A DNA stretch of 64,000 bases. Source: Tubulanus polymorphus (Eukaryota > Animalia > Nemertea). The stretch's first letter is position 1. Every line of letters starts with the position of its first letter. Under the pieces are notes generated by a model, which searched no databases, was not told the DNA's origin, and saw only the letters and a list, made by a program, of their open reading frames with translations. The stretch spans positions 9,884,850 to 9,948,849 of the forward strand of contig NC_134029.1 of assembly GCF_964204645.1 (NCBI RefSeq), written 5' to 3'. A program made the translations under genes and the position numbers. Below, one piece after another: positions 26,260-38,989 of the stretch.

Positions 26260-26899
26260 TTAAATTGGCAATTTCAGGACGTGCTCACTATTATTGTTTA
26301 TGTAGGCAGGTGCATATTTCTGACGTCATCTCTGACAATAAGATCATAAATAGCGCCACAGCAGGTTGTACGTGAACTATATGCACAGAGTGAAAGATAA
26401 ATAAATGACACAATTTACGGCTAATTCGAGCAACTTTTTTCGATAAGTCAGATCTCAGGTCATTATATTTATACTCAAGTTTCTTCTGGTTAAGAAATCC
26501 CGTAAAGTTGCATTTGCCAGCATTTGCCCTTTAAGTGATTATCATTGGATATATTGGTGAAGTTTTAATGCTGGGTATTAATAGAGTTTTCTGACCTTCC
26601 CCAGAAAAGCCTCTTGTCTTTACTATTTCTTTTCCCCTTTCCGGCCAGAAAAATTTCATAAAATGTAACCTCTCTCAAATTCCACTACTAATCGGTAATA
26701 AGCGCTCTAATCAATGCGGTGATCATTATAGAGTTCTGAAAGCATGGGCTAAAATTAATTTCTAATCCCTAAATTCCGAATTTTACCTGACGGACGTGAC
26801 TTCTGGTTATGGATACTTGAAGTCCAAAATGCTCTTACAAACTGAAACCTCTTATGACCTTTATAAAATGTATTCGATCATGCATTCCAATGTCCACTA

Positions 26900-28080
26900 C
26901 TGGTTCACCAAATTTACAGATATCTACCACAAAGAATCACGAGAGTACTGAGATAGATAAAGCTGCTGAAAGAGCTATTTTACTGAAGAGTGGCGGAAGT
27001 AATGGTACTGATTGTGACACTGATTGACGAGGACAATTGTGAAATGTTAGCTTGTTCTATCTCTGATTATGATTTATTCCTTTTTCAAACTGTGTATATG
27101 ATTGCCAAGGAGCAGATGCCAAACGAAAAGATTAACCCAACTCTTCAATTACAAAAATTGAATTGAGTGAAAATTGACAATCAGAATATCTCTTTGCACA
27201 CAATCAGCGATATTGAAAATTGTCATTCTGATTCTTTAAAAGGTGACCTTGTTAAGTGTTTCAAAAAATCTCCAGCATTCGTTATGATGTTAGATGAATC
27301 TGATGATATATCTGTGAATACGAAATTGGCCATGTGTATCAGATATGTTGATAATAAAGGCAGTCCAGTGACTAAGTATTTGAGCACATGGATAAACATA
27401 CAACATTGTTAATAACGTAAAAGAGATCTTTGACCGCCTAAAATTATCAGAGTGCATGGGGAAGATACAGATGGCGCATCTACAATGGTTGGCCGTAAGA
27501 CATGTGTTGGTGTAGAGATGATAACGAAGTACTGCCCATTTTCTTTACAGACCCATTGCCTTGCACACTGACTAGCCTTAACTTGTGCAGACTCTTTTAA
27601 CCCTTTCATTGCTGACTAATCAATACCCTATAGTGCTAGAGATAATTTGAAAATTTTGAAAAATTCCACCCTAGCGTGTTGAATAATGGAAATACCACTA
27701 TAGTGCATCTACACCACTGCGCAGTGTGTTGTTAGTTACTAATATTTCACTATGTTTGACAGGTGCTAATATCTTTCAGTAGAGATAAAAACTAATTACT
27801 AATTCTATCAATACAACACAGTGGTCTAGACACACTGAAAAGGTTAAAGGAATGAAAGTATTGGAAACATTTCAGACCAATTTTTATTGTCTCTATAGAT
27901 TTTTAACAACTTATCTGTATGATCAGCCAACCTTGATAAAATGCAGGCAGTTTTGGATGACCCTTCTTTGAAATTAGAGGAAACTGCTTTTACTGGCTGG
28001 CTTAGAATGAGAAATGTGGCAAGGGCAATGAATAAAATCTACCCGTCTGTGTTAGATAATTGCGAGCACCAGGCATGCCT
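26900..28080 (+). pseudogene. hAT transposase (ZNF862-like) remnant, N-terminal/catalytic part
   Basis: MMLDESDDIS..LAMCIRYV, DTDGASTMVG, THCLAH.LALTCADSF; the frame resumes after the MITE at 27601-27843. Confidence 0.8.
27601..27843. mobile_element. piggyBac MITE inserted in the hAT transposase
   Basis: TTAA|CCCTTTCA...TGAAAAGG|TTAA; same family as 45554-45840 in opposite orientation. Confidence 0.85.
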
Positions 28081-28084
28081 ACTT

Positions 28085-30647
28085 TACCCCGATGTTTCAG
28101 TGTAACCTGCGCCGGATTTTAGCTGCCACCACCTGTGTATGCAAGTAAAGGTTCAATGCATCCCATTGAAACTATTGGAACGGTATGTTGCTACTCAAGA
28201 ATTTTGCGAAAATTGAAGTTGAAGCGAATTGCAGTTTTTGGAATTTTATCGCTAAATTTGAAGTAAATGTGACATTTCCGGCACTGTTTTTGGAGAAAGG
28301 AACGTTCATAAAATGTCACGCAGGTTTAGTGATCATGAAATAAGAGAGATATTTGCTGACAGTGACTCTAATGACTCAAACGCTGAAAGTGGTTCAGAAA
28401 GCGATTTTGAACCCGGAAATGAAACCGAAAGTGAACCCGGAAGTGATTTAGATGCGGAAGTAAGTGACAATAATGGTGAAAATAGTCCTGTAAGTGACGA
28501 TAATACTCCTGATAGTGATGATAATCAGTCTGCTGATAGTGACAGTACTGATAATGACAACCCCAACCCCCAGCAGTACCTGTCGTCCGTGGTCGGGGAC
28601 GTGGACGTGGTCGAGCTACTGCTGCTTTTAGAGGCAGGCAGGGTCGTGGAACTGGGAGAGGTCATGCCCCAGTGCGTGGTCGTGGTGGACGTGCACAAGG
28701 TGCCAACATTGATCAGGATCCTGATTGGGCTGAAGATAGAAACCACCCCCCTCCTAACTGGTTGCCGCAGTACAACTGTCTGAATCCAGGTGAGTCCAAG
28801 TTCGATACAACGGACTACACGCCAATTGACTTTTTCATAAAAGCTTTTCCGGACACTATTATAGACATGCTAGTGACTGAAACAAATCGTTATTTTCAAC
28901 AATAGCAAAACAGTGGAAATACTACTGATAGTGTTCTAGAAACCTGGTATAATGTCACTAGTGACGAAATGAAAGCATTCCTGGCATTGTTGTTACTGAC
29001 GGGATATGAAGATCGGGGATCTTTTCGTGCACATTGGTCTACTGATCGTCGGACTGATAAACCAGGATTCCGAGCCGTAATGAGCTGCAATCGGTTTTTG
29101 ATGCTATTACGATTCTTGCACCCTGTGAATAACGAAACACAAATTCAAAGAGGGCAGCCTGGTTATGACAGGACATTCAAGGTCAAGTCTTTGATTGAAT
29201 AGCTAGTTCGCGCATGGAATGACGCCTTCCATATGGAAAAGTTTCTGTCCGTGGATGAAGGCATGATAGCCTTCAAGGGTCGAACTTCTATGTTGCAATA
29301 CATCAAGAGTAAGCCTGTCAAGTGGGGCATGAAAGCATGGATACTGGCTGGGTCGAAACTGGTTACGCCCACAATTGGACGCTGTACAAAGGAGCGGACG
29401 GTAGTCAAGTTGACCTTGGGTATCGAGTTGTTATGGACGCATCGCAGAATGTTCGGGCTGGCCAGGTCATAACATGTGACAATTTCTTCACTAGTGTGAA
29501 ACTATTTGTGGACCTAACAGATCGAAACATTGGTGCCTGTGGCACAGTTAGGGCGAATCGTGCAGGAAATCCACTAAAACTGAAGCAATTCACGGCCCGC
29601 ACCAACAAACGACAATTGCAGGACATGTCGCCTTTGATGTTATGGCATAACGCGTCAGACATGTTAGCAATTGGTTGGTATGACAAACGCCCAGTTTGTG
29701 TATTGTCTACTGTTAGCAATGCAGGTGTCACTGTGAAGCGTATTCGTTCACTTGAAGGAGAGGATGGTTACAGACAAATCGAAAAACCAAATGCAATTGA
29801 GGACTACAACACGTATATGGGTGGAGTTGATTTGAATGATCAATACAACTCCTATTTCAGCATACTACATCGTTCAGTGAAATGGTGGAAAAAGGTTTTT
29901 TGACACCTGCTTATCACAGCAGTAACAAATGCATACATAATGCACAAGGTGTCCAATGCTGCTGATGCAATGACCAGTAGACAGTTTCGTTTGAAGTTAT
30001 GCCATGAACTTATTGCTGACTACCAACGTGCACCTCATCAACCTGGTCGTCAGATTCGGCATAACGATGCACCACAGCGTTTGAATGGAGGAGCACATTT
30101 TATGGAAAAAACTAATGGCAGGCCTGATTGTGGTGTGTGCACACTTAGAGAGAACAAAAAGTATGTTCGCCGGCATCAGACACAAAGGCAGTGTAAAACA
30201 TGTGTACCTCCTGTACCTTTGTGTGACGTTCCATGCTTTGAGATTTATCATCGTTTTGTGGATTATAAGCTGTATTGGAGGCAGAATCACATGAATAATC
30301 AGTAAAGTGAGACAAATCATGTTTATTTCAGTCTCTAATATACTTTTATGCTTTATTTCTTGAACAGCTAATGATTTTGAGACAAAAAAGACAATATTCG
30401 TCAGAATTTGTATGTTTTTCATGAATTTTCCATAATTTATCCCAAAAATGTTTCAAAATATGACAAATTTGGTATCATTAGAAAGCTTATAAAGAACTGT
30501 GCAAACGTTTCCCATACACCAAAGCTGTATCTCTAATAGGCTGGGAGCTACAAGCATTTGAATATAGGACGTTTTCGCCTTGCAATTACCTTAAATTAAT
30601 CTGGGACTGGGATAGCATGTGTAATAATTAATCCGGGTCTCAAAGGG
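28085..30647 (+). mobile_element. piggyBac element #2 (PGBD4-like), decayed transposase 28313-30305, left TIR not found
   Basis: SVDEGM, TCDNFFTS, MGGVDLND motifs and Cys-rich tail; right end GGGTCTCAAAGGG|TTAA at 30647. Confidence 0.88.
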
Positions 30648-30829
30648 TTAAAGGGAAGCAAACCAAAGGGTAATTATAAACAACAATAGTGAGTATGAAT
30701 ATAAATTGAAACTTAAAATCAGTAGTAAAGAGACAAACTAGGGGGCACTTAAATTAAAACAATGGTGAATACAAGATGAGAGACTAAAATTATTGATGAG
30801 TGACAAATAACAAAGGATCAAAGGGGAAA

Positions 30830-31066
30830 TCAAGTGTTGAGTTTAACCAGTTTACAGGAGAATTTTGATATAGGTTTACTAAAGTGTGAAAAACCATTGT
30901 TAAGATTTACAACGTTGTTCCAATGCTCAATTATTAATGCAGATTCCAAAATATGTCTTTTAGTTTTATCGCTGCAAGGGTAAATTAATTCAGCATTAGC
31001 GAAATCAAAATTCTGTGAGGTCTGAAATACATGACTAGCAACTCCGCTTTTCAGGTTTAAAGGCAT
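30830..31066 (-). mobile_element. Penelope-like element GIY-YIG endonuclease C-terminal fragment
   Basis: SGVASHVFQTSQNFDFANAELI..KRHILESALI..NLNNG matches the PLE GIY-YIG tail pattern. Confidence 0.7.
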
Positions 31067-31599
31067 GAAAGGATGGCTCCGACGATATCCAAATCACTAG
31101 AACATGTTCAGTCTCAAGAGGAGCCCCTATCTATAACTTTCCCATCTATCACTCAAGTTAAGCGTATTGCGCCTGAATTAAATCATTGACTACTTTTATT
31201 GAGCACGTAGGTTATGCTTTTTTGGATGAATTGAAGCCCGCGACCACAGATTTTATATATAGATTTCCCACGCAGCGCTATTGCATGTATATATATTACC
31301 GATCTGCAGTGGTTCTAGACAACAGCGGTGTTTCGCAATGATGTTGTAAAAAAAGATTTCAGAGATCGTAGCACCGGTTTTATGAGACGCTTTTCCGGTT
31401 TGTTCTTTAAGTACGCTTACGATCTAACATCAACTTTCCCCCAAGACCCTAACCCCCTATCATTTTCTCAACGGATCTACATCGATCTTAAGAATGATAA
31501 AAAAAACCTCCAACCGCCGAAAACTGCGGATCCGCGGAAGATTTTCATCCCTGTATATATTTAATAGGTTCTGTGTGAATTCCAATTGATGGGCTATTC

Positions 31600-32649
31600 T
31601 GTGGAACTGGCAGGTCAAAGGTGGCCGCATACGATGATGAAACTGTAGAATAGATGATGAAAGATTTCAAACATATCTCAGATGTAAGTATGGTGAAAAT
31701 ATATGGTCCAGTGCACTGTTTGTAAGATTGTAGTAGCTATGGAAGATGGAAATTCGCCTTCGCAGTATCTCATTCAGACTGCTCAAAACTTGTTTGAAAT
31801 GGAGGGAGATCTAAAAGATGCTGTCATTAAACTTATAGCGTTGTATTTCATAAGTGACATATACTATCCGCAGTGTTATTTCCAGCTATTGGGAATTCTA
31901 CAACGTGTAATTCTTCAAGAGAATATTGAACTGGGAAGGAGAGCCTATAAACTGCTGCAGCTGTTGACCTGCGAGTAGATAAGTGAAAAAATCGCCAATG
32001 ATCTCAAACTTTGAAGATAACCTTTTCACAGTTCTGTATGTGAGAACATTCTGTAATTTTAGTTTTCAACCCACTTGGGAATTGCATCCTAGCAAGCCAT
32101 TGCATTCACCTTTCATTCGTCTGTTTGCCTATCCCTAGACAGAGCGTGTTTGAAAGAGAGGGCGATCTGAAAGATTGAACTATGAAGATGGGAACTTGCC
32201 GTCGAAGTATCTAATTCATACTGCTCAAAACCTGTTTGAAATAGGGGAGATCTTAAACATGCTGCAATAAAACTCTTAATATTGCATTTCATATGTAATA
32301 ATAAGAGATGGGTACTTGCCATCAAAGCATCTAACTCAAGTGAATTTTGCAATAAGCACATTAAAAGTGTTTTGTATTTTGTGGAGGATGTGATTACTTT
32401 TTGAAATATTGGTTATTTAGATTTCATTAAATTATTTTGTAAATTAGGAGAGATGCCGAGGAGCCATGTTTACCTGGTGATGTTTACCTGGTGTTGATTC
32501 AGTAAATGTGATCAGTTTGTAAATAGTTTTGGTGATTCATTTATCGGATGAAGCTTATATAAAAAATATTGTGTTTAGTGTTCCAAATCATGTTTCATTT
32601 GAAAACGTTCCAAAATTTGTTCAGATATATGTTCCCAGTTTTTGCAGTG
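31600..32649 (+). mobile_element. CACTA/EnSpm-like 3' remnant with SAMD3-like ORF2 tail
   Basis: LIALYFISDIYYP..QLLGILQ motif (31703-31978), partly duplicated at ~32180-32290; terminus TTTTTGCAGTG at 32649, right where the hAT frame resumes. Confidence 0.55.
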
Positions 32650-32650
32650 T

Positions 32651-32880
32651 AGTGTGGTATGTGAATGTGCTTTAAGCACACAAAATAGAATAAAATCAAA
32701 ATACAGGGCATCACTCAAGGCCCAACAATTAGATGTGTTAATGAGGATTGCTATGATTGGACCGGCTTTTGACGCTTTTGATGTAAAACTTGTTATTATT
32801 TTGTGGCATAAATGAAAAGCGAGGAGAATGAGAAGGCTGGCATCAACATATATGCCAAGGGCTAAGAAAGCAAAAAAACT
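32651..32880 (+). pseudogene. hAT transposase C-terminal dimerisation domain (probable continuation of 26900-28080)
   Basis: SVVCECALSTQNRIKSKYRASLKAQQLDVLMRIAMIGPAFDAFD. Confidence 0.8.
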
Positions 32881-33649
32881 AAGTGTTGTGCAAATGTATG
32901 AATTCAGCTTGTGTTAGGAGAAATAAACAATTACTGTGGTTCCGTTAACATTAACTTCAATGTTTTAGATTTAGAAGGGTCAATATTCTATTCGAAAACT
33001 GGGTGATGAAACTCATATAGGGACATTGTTCCATTTAGTCTTTACTGATTAAGGAAAAAATTGTTATCAAATACTGTTTGACTAAAGTCTTTATCTGGAG
33101 CACTGAATGTAGCACAACAATCGCGCCTGAGAACAACACTGTATCATGCGAATCAACGTCACTACCAGGGATATAATCACCGGAGTCATTATCGTAAAAG
33201 TGCTTCCTACAGGTTGCCTTCTGATGTTAGATACCTATATTTGATACTAAGCTTAGTAAAGGGAAATCTTCTTTTATCAGCTAGGAGACATGTTGAGATC
33301 TATTTGGTAGTAAATGATCGTGTCCATAGAATGTGTCTGTATTGCGAATCTTCGTATATATATCTGTGCTGTGTCCATTATCCAATTCATTTTGCTTAAG
33401 TGAAGTGAGATTTCAAATACATTACGTGTTATCCAAACTTTATTGACCAATCTATAGATTCATTCTAAAACTTGCTACTATCATTATCTTATTAGTATAT
33501 TCCATATAAGTCTATTGGTTTGTTATTTTGTGTATACTAGTATCGTTACTACGGCATTTTTTGACAGTATAATTATTAAGATTATTACTTAGCATCTATA
33601 TTTGATAGTATTCCTCATGTCAAGTGAATTATGTGCTTAATAAATGTGC

Positions 33650-33722
33650 TTATATGCATGTATCTGTGTATATGTATGTGTCTATTTATGGATGTGTGTG
33701 TATGTGTGTATGTATATGTATA
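33650..33722. repeat. Degenerate (TG/TA)n microsatellite
   Basis: tatgcatgtatctgtgtatatgtatgtg...gtgtgtatgtgtgtatgtatatgta. Confidence 0.7.
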
Positions 33723-33789
33723 TTGAAGTTCATCAATAAGCTTAACTTTTCTGCTGTTTTGTGGACTTCAAATCAGCATTTGACTAACC

Positions 33790-34480
33790 TCAAGGCCCTG
33801 TTCTATAAACTTTTACAATCTAATGTTGCGGGTAACTTTTCAGGTATACTTCAAGATATGTATGCTCATGTACTCTCTCTTCAAAAGATTACTTAAGGTT
33901 CAGCAAACCATTTTATTTGACCTTGGGTTTGAAACAGGGATATGTTTTGAGCCCTTAACTATTTAATCTTTTCATACATGACCCCCTGGCCCTGACAGTC
34001 ACTGCAACCCAGTTGAGCTTCACGATACTTATGAACTCTGTTTCCTATATGCTGATGACCTTGTTATTATTTCAAAATCTTAAACTGATCTCCAAAACGT
34101 CCTTCATTCTTTAACTGTCTACTGTAAGAAATCAGGTCTCAGTGTAAATGAGCTCAAAACCAGTTATTATTTTCCGCCGAAGTGGAAGGTTCTCGCCAAA
34201 TGTAGCTTTCTTTCTTTGAAAATGAATCTATTGATATTGTAAAGGAATATAGTTATTTGGGAATTATTTTTTGTTTTAATGATAATTTTAAGAAGGCATG
34301 TGACAGACTCGTTGAGCATGCCCATAAAGCCCCTTTCAAATCAAAAAGAATTGCTGTGCAGAATCATGTAAAATCTGCTCTGATTCTGTTCGATAGTTTG
34401 ATTATCCCTATAATTACATAATACTGTGAATAGGATGCTTCTTATATAAATAACTTCGATCCATCCAACTTCTATAATGT
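33790..34480 (+). mobile_element. Non-LTR retrotransposon reverse transcriptase fragment
   Basis: GLKQGYVLSP.LFNLFIHD and FLYADDLVII motifs, later EYSYLGIIF. Confidence 0.8.
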
Positions 34481-34879
34481 TTGTGAATCTCCAGCAGCTC
34501 AAGCGCACCAACGAGCTGCCCAGCCACCTGGTCAGGCATCATTTGGGGCAGAGGGCGTTCCTCAGTGGCAACCTCCCTAACGTAGCTCAATGCAGCAAAT
34601 GCCAAAGCGCCGCAGTTGATCGAAACACTTCACCAATCCATGGAGGCAGCCAATGTGCATTTAGGTGAGGAACAGGTCGTCTGTTCGACCTCACCCTCCG
34701 ATTTTGAGCCATCCACAGAGTTCACCCACCATTCGGATCCATCCACAGCCTGTACATGACTTTCCAATCCACCCACCGTACTGAGCCAGAAATTCTTAGC
34801 GCTCTAAAAATCTGGTCGCAAAAAGACCCAAGAAGTGCTTTTAGAAGTGACGATAGGTCAATGAACTCCGCCCAAACAG

Positions 34880-35188
34880 CATTCCTGGTTCTATGTAGGA
34901 CATCTAGTGTCCCTGCATAGCAGGGCCTAGTATGTAGTTTTACCCAATTTTTGACTTAGAATATAGACTATGTATGTTGTATCAAAGGATGCTTATGTCT
35001 TCTTTTCTACGTAGGTCAAAATGGCACGACGTGAGAGATTTACTGTAACAAATGTGTTGAGTATGGTAGATGGTAATGATAGTGACCTTGGAGATGGCGA
35101 TTTTGAAAGCGATGATGAATCAGAGGTCCGTGTTGATGACTTGACTTCTGGCGACAGTAGTGATGAACAGACAGAAGATGAAGAAAAA

Positions 35189-35222
<34 letters not shown>

Positions 35223-37112
35223 CATTAGTAAACCTGGCTAGTCCTTCATATTTACAAAAGAGAAAGAGCCAGAAGAAAACCTATAAGTGGGAAAAAATAA
35301 ACTTTCGTGCACCAATAAAAAACTTTAGCGGTGTAATGCCAGATGTGCCTGATAATGTGGGAACGCCATTGGAGTACTTTCGACGGTATATTTCTGAAGA
35401 TATGCTCCACAATGTTGCATTCAATACAAGTCTCTACAACATGCAAAAGTTTGGCCGTCCATTGGAAACAACTGTCAAATATATTGAGCAAGTTATAGGG
35501 ATATTCTTTACTATGGGGCTCGTGAAGATGTCAGGTATTAGCCCTTACTGGGAGTTAGATACTCATTATCCAAAGATGGCTGATGTGATGTCGAGAAATC
35601 GATTTCAGAAATTACGTGCCACAATGCATTTTGTTGACAATGAAGCGATAGGTGATGAAGAAAAGAAGGGTGACAGACTGTGGAAACTAAGACCTTGGCT
35701 GAAAAAACTTTGTGAACATTGCTTAGCTGTGACTCCAGAAGCATGTAACTCTAGCGATGAAATGATGGTTCCTTATAAAGGGAGCCAAAGTACAGTAAAG
35801 CAGTATGTGAAAGGGAAACCCCATCCTTGGGGATTCAAGATTTGGTGTCGGTGTGGAATAAGTGGTCTACTTTATGACTGATTTTTATCAGGGGTCTCAG
35901 TCAGAAAAGCATCCACTTGGACATGAGGCTTCAGTTGTTTTGAATCTGTGTAAAACTCTAGAAAAACACAAAAACTACACTATATTTGCAGATAACTATT
36001 TCACAGGTGTTTCACTGGTTGAAGAACTAGATAAAGTTGGAATCATTTTTATCGGAACTGTTCGACAGAACCGCATAGGAAAATGTCCACTTGATTCCGA
36101 AAAAATACTGAAAAAGAAAGGGCCCGGGGCCTTCGATTGTCGTGTGACCCAACTAGAAAATGATAGTAAAGTTGTAGCAGTGCCTTGGTTCGATAATAGA
36201 GCGGTAAATCTTTTATCAAATCAATATGGTTGTTTCCCCTTAGATAAAGCTCGCCGGTGGGACAAATAAAAAAAAGAATATATTGAAGTCGACCGCCCAA
36301 ATATTATTCAGGTGTACAACTCTAACATGGGGGGTGTTGATTTGATTGACAGTTGTATCCAAAGGTATAAGCATGTTGTAAAAGCTCGTAGATGGTATAT
36401 GTACATTTTCTGGCATTCTCTCATGGTTGCTCCAGTAAATGCATGGTTTTTGTACAGGCAGCACTGTGCATCACTCCGAATTCCAAAGAAAGAAATACTT
36501 ATTGAACGAAAGTTTCTTGCCATATTGGCAAACAGTCTAATGAAAGTAGATGTCACTAATACTGATAATCAGAGACCAATCAAAAGGGCAAGACTTCAGG
36601 AAAATCCAGCACTAGATGTTCGTAAAGATTGTGTCAGTCATTGGCCCATAAAATATGTCAAAAGAGGACGAGTAAGAACTGCAAAACAAATAAAACAAAC
36701 ACATATTGATATGTCATGTATTTCTCTGTTTTACCGATGGAAAAAACTGTTTCCGTGAATATCATGTGTAAAGTTTGCACACATAGAGGCTAATGGCTTT
36801 TCTGTACACATTTTAACGATGAATGAAAATATAACATTTTGCCTGTATAAGTTCAAAGATGAGTTATTTTTTGATTTTCTATCATTTTCAATTACGAAGC
36901 TTATGATTTTTTCAAATTGGGATAAATCAATTTTTCAGAGACTGATGATATTTCATAACCATTGGGACACCGGTGACCCGGGCCAAAACTTACCCATAAA
37001 TTTGGCCAAGTGTAAAAACAAGTATTGGGGGTCATTTTAGAGGCCAAAGACATCTAGAATCTGAATTTTCATCGATTTTCACCCACGTCTTGATAGCTTG
37101 GCTTTTATAGGG
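34880..37112 (+). mobile_element. piggyBac element #3 (PGBD2/3-like), decayed transposase ~35021-36770
   Basis: SSDEMMVPYKG, FADNYFT, MGGVDLID; right end TTTTATAGGG|TTAA; left TIR not found, so the start is approximate; (GAT)10 poly-Asp at 35189-35220. Confidence 0.88.
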
Positions 37113-37116
37113 TTAA

Positions 37117-37860
37117 GGCATTATCACCCAGCAGTCCCTAAGTATCCTAGGACTTTGTTATCCACTCCAGTTGCATATGATATAACCCAGTATCTGGAGG
37201 ACAGTATCATATTTTGTCTTAAAAAAGGTATTTCCATGAAGTTTTCTCAACTCAATGTGCCTAGTTTTACAAGGAATATAAGTTCATACCTTTAAATCAA
37301 TATTGATGGTTTACATATATTTAATTCGTAGCAACAATTTCATGGTGATCCATTTATCATTGGAACGCTTTATGGCCACCAGAAACCCTGTATTACTGCT
37401 TTCCAAGGCAGCGTTATGTCTAAAATACAAGAATTCAAAGATGATTTTCCTTATCAAAATTTTACGATTTCTCTGGAATTGCATTCATTCATTTTTGATG
37501 CACCTGCTCAAGCATGCGTGAAGGGAATTAAGCCGCATTAGGGTTATGATGGCTGTCCTCGAGGTGTGTATGCTGATGGCAAAATTGTATTCTCTGAATT
37601 AAATGATCCATTGATGAACTGATGAAGACTTCCATGTCAATGAAGATGGTGATAATCATATATTCAAAGAAAGGGAATTAAAATGTTAGTCACTCGGAAT
37701 GGTTAGTCAGTTTTCTCTTAATTATATGTATCAAGTTTGTCTTGGTGTTGTGCAGAAGTAAATCGTCATATGTCTCAAAGGTCCATACTTATAAACTCGC
37801 ATTGGAAGTAATGCTGTACACAGGTTTCTGAAAAGTTTTTATTCATTATGTACACAAGTT
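37117..37860 (+). pseudogene. CACTA/EnSpm-type transposase remnant
   Basis: HPAVPKYPRTLLSTP, DAPAQACVKGIKPH.GYDGCPR, NYMYQVCLGVV motifs. Confidence 0.7.
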
Positions 37861-37899
37861 TTCACCAAACGCAGCTGCAACAAGCTAATGTAGAGTTAG

Positions 37900-38264
37900 A
37901 ACAAGAGCCCCAAGGGGCACTATGGCCTGTCAGCTTTTCATAAAATGGCAAATGATGATGCATTCTGTGGGTTAAATTTGTCAGAATACACTCCCAGCTT
38001 AGAGTCAATAACTAATAATTTACACAATACAATTGTAGAATACAAAAGTAGCACAGACAGCGACTGGATCTGGCAGGAACAAATACCTCAGATAAATCTT
38101 TTCCCTTGGTCTTATTGATTTTAATGCGGAATAGAATAGAATTTTCTGAAATCTGCTTAATATATGCTCACTTGCACAGTAAAAGAGCCTTTGCTCTGGA
38201 AACCATGTCATTTAAATTCGCTCCATTTGTACAGTAATAGGCTCAGCCTACGGCTGGCCTATAA
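37900..38264 (-). mobile_element. Helentron-associated (HINE/DINE-like) non-autonomous element
   Basis: On -: 5' TATAGGCCAGCCGTAGGCTGAGCCTAT fold-back, 3' hairpin GCCCCTTGGGGC followed by TCTTGTT. A similar terminus lies at ~18753. Confidence 0.55.
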
Positions 38265-38989
38265 AACTACCACCTTGGATAACAAATCACACTTACAACA
38301 TTCTATATACACAAAAGTCATCTATCAGCTGCCAAACATGTAAACACTTGAAATAATTACCTAAACAATTCCTATAGACATACAGACACGTAGTACTCAC
38401 ACATGAGGTCATGACTTTGTTGATTATTGAAAGCTAGCTCCGACACACGTTGACCCATTTTCGTTCGGTTAAACAATGACAAGCAGTTCGGTAAAACAAC
38501 CGGTCTATTGTGGAGTCATTCTCAGGTAAATGTGGAGTCATTATTTAGATGAATGCAGATTTAAAATCAAGATGCCATTCATAGTTTGCCAAATTAGAAG
38601 TTGCAGCAAGACACCCAGACCATGGTTTGGCATCACAGGGATGGATGTTCTGGAGAAGAGACGTACACATGCATTCACACCAAATTGATCCCCTGTGCAT
38701 TGTAGCCTATGCTCCGTATATGGACAGAAAAATTAAGACTTGTTTGAGTTTTACAGTGACCCTTGAGTTCAGAATTTAGTTAAGAATTTTAGATTTTGTA
38801 TTCCAGACATGTGCGAGACAATATATGACAGATTTTAATCCTATATTCTTTTAGTTTCAATGTTTTTTACCTATTGAAGCTACAATTATATATGAACATA
38901 GCAAGCTAGTCTTCATATATCATTAGAGCTCAGGGAATATTTTGTATAAAATATAAACCCCCCTCCTCAATGATTTTTTTTCACAACTT

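Noticed and set aside
35040-35225. Poly-His ORF on minus strand
   Set aside because: Antisense reading of the (GAT)n poly-Asp tract in the piggyBac transposase.
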